A stretch of 64,000 bases of DNA from Lingula anatina (Eukaryota; Animalia; Brachiopoda), in contig CM120641.1 of NCBI GenBank assembly GCA_051362555.1, positions 35,842,401 to 35,906,400 of the forward strand. Direction: 5' to 3'. The translations under genes were made by a program, and so were the position numbers. Each line of letters opens with the position of its first letter. The first letter of the stretch is position 1. Below, one piece after another: positions 59,864 to 64,000 of the stretch. Under the pieces are notes generated by a model. That model saw only the letters and a list, made by a program, of their open reading frames with translations, searched no databases and was not told the DNA's origin.

Positions 59864-62800
59864 AAGTAAATATAACTAAGATATGAAGGACTATTTTAAC
59901 GTTGTGCAAACTTGATGTGTATGCCAAAATTCCTGGAAATGTAATGATGTTTCGTTCGTGCTGCTGATATGTTATCAGTTTTGATATGTTTCATTAAAAA
60001 ACAAGCGACGAGACGGTTTTGCTCTGTATGTTGTTTATTTGAAATATGAAATATTGTAGATGCTTAGATTATGAGAAAAAAGGTCTTTAGAAACGACTGT
60101 AACCTGTCAGAATACAGGAATTTTAAAAACAAGTCCATTTGTAAACATAAACAGTGTAAGAAGTACAACTGCCAATATTCGAGATATCTTGTAGATGTAT
60201 AGCCGTCACGAACGTTTCAATCATGTAAATGAAAGGACTCTAGGAATATTTTTTAATAACTTAATATCCCATGTCTTTTTAAGTCCACTGATGATAAAGT
60301 GTCCCACAGTTTAGACAAAATTACAATTTACACAAAGAAATAGGCCTACAACAATTTATTTTCTTGGTTTTATGGACAAGGCGTTATTCCATCATCAGCC
60401 CAAAAATTGCAAAGATGCAAACAGTGTTTCTTATCGAAAATGTTATGTACTTAAATTCACGCTGTGACTCTGTCATGCTTTTAATCGAAGTGTACTCGGC
60501 GTAGCATTCTTAAGGGGCAAAAACACGAACGGCATTTTATTGAGTTAGTTCCCTAGTTAGAATCCCATTTAGTGCCGTCTCATTTCGTGGACAAGGCGTT
60601 CTTTTAAGTACATATAGCGTTCTTTATTGAGTTACTCGTCTCACGGGCGTTTTGATTTTGCCAGTCACACCAAATAGCACTCCACTCTGCTGCAGTAGTT
60701 CACTTGGCTTTCTTGTCCTAGTCGTCATCTGCGTAGCGTAAAATGGGATAATGAATAGCTGAAACCCCGATACACAGACCGCCATAAGCTGTAGTGATTC
60801 GAGTAACTTAGTTTGTCGAGAGTCCAATCAGAAAACCATTACACTGAGATAAAATCAAATAACTTGAAAAAAAGTAATAGATGCGAGAAGCGTATCAGAT
60901 AGTTATTAGCCAAAAGAAAAGCTTAATGGATAATTTATTGTGACATAGCACAAGTCAGTTGGGAGATTACACGTGCCACGTTTATAATGCAATTAATTCA
61001 ATTTAATAAACACCTCGAAATTAAATCAATGGTTATTGCAGTTATTGTTTCTTGAATACGATATTTGATAGCATTTGTAATATAATCCAAACAACAGACT
61101 GCGGATGTATTCATTGTTTGTGAAAATCTTCTTGGAACATCTTTATAGACATGTAGGGTTTGAAAAGTGTATCTTACATGGTCAATGAATAACTACCCGA
61201 ATGAAGAGGAAAAGTCGAAGATGAAGAAAAAGACCAAAAGCTGTGGCCATTTTAGAAAATGTAAACAATTTTTGTCTCAATTCAACAGCTCTATTCAATC
61301 TTCACACTATTCATTGGTTGTCTAATATATTTTTTCCTTTTGTGTGTATAGACCCAAAGAATCGTAGTCGTTTTCTAGCGTATTTCATCCACCAATCCCT
61401 TACGGAAATATAAAATCTACAACAAGTGCGACGAAAATCGAATTTTGAGTTGATATATGAATTGCGCCTGAACCGTTCCAAACCTCTCCGCTCCAGAGAT
61501 GAGCAGCACTTTCGCAGTTCAATCAAATTCGCATCACTCATACATATCAATATCTTCCGTTCTCTGATACGGGATGGGAAACAAAGTCGTGTATAATAGA
61601 GATGTCAGGACGTCTATCTGTAATTAAAAATCTAGGCTCAGCGAGTTATTTCAATAAAATGAGTCTTCTGAGATGAATAGTATTAAAACCAAACTGATAC
61701 GCAGCGCGTTGGCTTATTAGCCGGTAATTATTTCTAACTTTTTGCCAGCTGAGCTAAGCTTCTCCCAGGAGTTTTAATTGATCTTTCTCTTGCTTATAAA
61801 TGACTTTTTGTTTTAAGGTAATAGAATTAACCTTTGGAAAATTAAAATTTTGACATCTTGCCTCGTTGCGTATATTTCCGCGCAGTAAAGCGTAAAGTGA
61901 AGAGATCGAACACGTAGCCTGCATTGCTCCGAGGACTAAGAGATGAGCAGGCCTAATCCAGAAATTGATATGTTTTATCAATTTCTATGAATATAATTAT
62001 ACAAGGCTTTAGGGCTTGTAATTGGAATATAGACATAAATGAGCCCATATGCCACTTTTCATTTAGTCGAATCTGTGCAGCATGTAATGTCTTTTTAATA
62101 GCTTGATGTTTTAATTAGCTCCAATCTGATTAATTTGCCCGCGGCTGTATTGTAGAGGATATCGAGACAATTTTTCCTCACTGAAAAATATCGATATACT
62201 ACTACAGTGCTTTGTGGAATGAGAAAGAATACTAAATATCTGGAAATTTATTTTACTCCCTGTTTCTTCGCAACATAATGAATGTATCTGTTACGAGTGA
62301 GAGCGTAATGAAAAAGGGAAATTGTACCAATTTGTAATACACAAAACGTATTGGAATTTGTTGCTCTAAGAAAATAAAGACATAAATGAAGTTGTGTCTG
62401 ACACGTAAATTGGCTATTTCCTAACGTGAAAATGTCCCCATAGAAGCTGCGAAAAACAGTGTATCTCGGAAATATATTTAATGCCGCGCACGTAATTGAT
62501 AGAGACGAGAACTTTGCATGACACTGTTTTCTTCATTTTCTAATCTAAACAAGTAATGCGATTTCAATAGTTTTTTCCATTTGATTGGGTTTTCTCCAAA
62601 TCGGTTTGTGACCAATAATGACTACTGAGACGGGCTACTGACGTAATACGGAGACCGCGATAACCTATGTACAATATTGGGTAAATTTGCAAAAATAGGG
62701 GATTTTTTTATTTAAACTCCCAAAACAATTTAATATTCGCGAACAAGTCATCAACTGTTTTTGAAATATATGACTTTCAATGTAGTATTCCTTTATTTCA

Positions 62801-64000
62801 ATTCAGAACAATAACTGTTTCGTCAGTGCAAGTCAGAAACTGTACTTCAGGACGGCAACAAACAGCAATCTTATTTTATTATTTTTTTATCTATCACTAT
62901 TTTATTTTTAATTCAATTAATTAATTAATTTATGTATTTATTTATTTATTTTCTTATATTGATTTGAAAAAAACTTCTCATCAACATTTTTAAAACTCTT
63001 AACAGCATCCCAAGTCTTGCTATTGATTTGCAGACACTTAAGTAATACTATAAGTATTATTTGATGTTATGCCACATAAATATGAGAACAGATTGGTTTT
63101 TCTGAAAGGATGGCACACGGAAGGATTAAGTAAAATTTTCAGGGCCAGATGTGCTAAATGTCCATTCATTTAGAAAAGTTCACAGTTAAATACATTTTAA
63201 TATACATTAGGATTACCTTATTTTGCCAACAGTAATATAAGAGGTGCCATTACATTTCACTTATTGCATTGCCTTAAACATTCTTTTACGTCCTGTGATG
63301 ATTTAAGTTTTGACTTATTCTCAAAGAAAGGATCTCTGCCCAAATAAATAAATAAACAAACAAATAAATAAATAAATAATAAATAAAATCTGTGTCATAA
63401 AATCTGTAGGAAGTGCTATTGCTTGAACTAGGGAAATGGTTACATTTAAAAGGATAATAGTTTTCAACTAGCAATAACCACGCCTCGGATAAACCTCATT
63501 GGCTATAGGAAGTAAATAAGAAGTGGAAACACCTTGGGATTTCATTCGATTCGACATTTCGAGATAGTATTTGACGGTGTACGTACATGTATTTTAATGA
63601 TGTCATGGAACCGAACACGCACGTCTTATTCTTCCACATTTTCAGATAAAGTGGATCTCTTTTACTTATCACATTTTATCAGCATTAAATTCATATTTCG
63701 ACATTTTTTCCTAGTACAATATTCCTCTAGTGGCACTACCCAAAAAGAAACTTAATGCCCACGAATCTCAAGACACCGTTAACACTTAGGGGCGTTTCTA
63801 TATTTTGGTAACTGTTGAGCAAAAATCAAAAAGTCCAACAGTGATAGGCCTACCAATAAATTGAAAAATGCTCAGGACAAAGTAACATGGCATTTATTAA
63901 TGGGCAGCGGGAAGACCACCGAGCGGTACGGTAAATAATAGTAATGCGGGCACTGGATTACTATATCTTAATACAATGGGAAGACTAAGAAATCATACAG

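Overview
AT-rich, intron-dense animal genomic DNA from a bilaterian invertebrate, probably a lophotrochozoan; the species cannot be determined from sequence. From left to right the window holds: the 5' part of SMG1 (minus strand, ~41 coding exons, kinase domain outside the window); NOL11 head-to-head with SMG1 (plus, 15 exons, one U12-type intron); mitochondrial thioredoxin TXN2 (minus); a TEX33/CIMIP4-like ciliary gene head-to-head with TXN2; three single-coding-exon, Ser-rich ORFs of 295-372 aa that I cannot assign; and an Uncx/unc-4 homeobox gene in a large non-coding region. The TEX33-like gene has two homologous alternative last exons. Introns contain a decayed Crypton-type tyrosine-recombinase element, two foldback MITE-like elements, a ~210-bp tandem duplication and microsatellites. 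The most notable observations are the duplicated TEX33 last exons, the U12 intron, the orphan ORF trio with RFX-like sites, the Crypton fossil and the ancient linkage of the five named genes. I found no convincing wholly new multi-gene system. Gene names come from remembered protein motifs, not database searches, and some SMG1 exon edges are approximate by a few bases.
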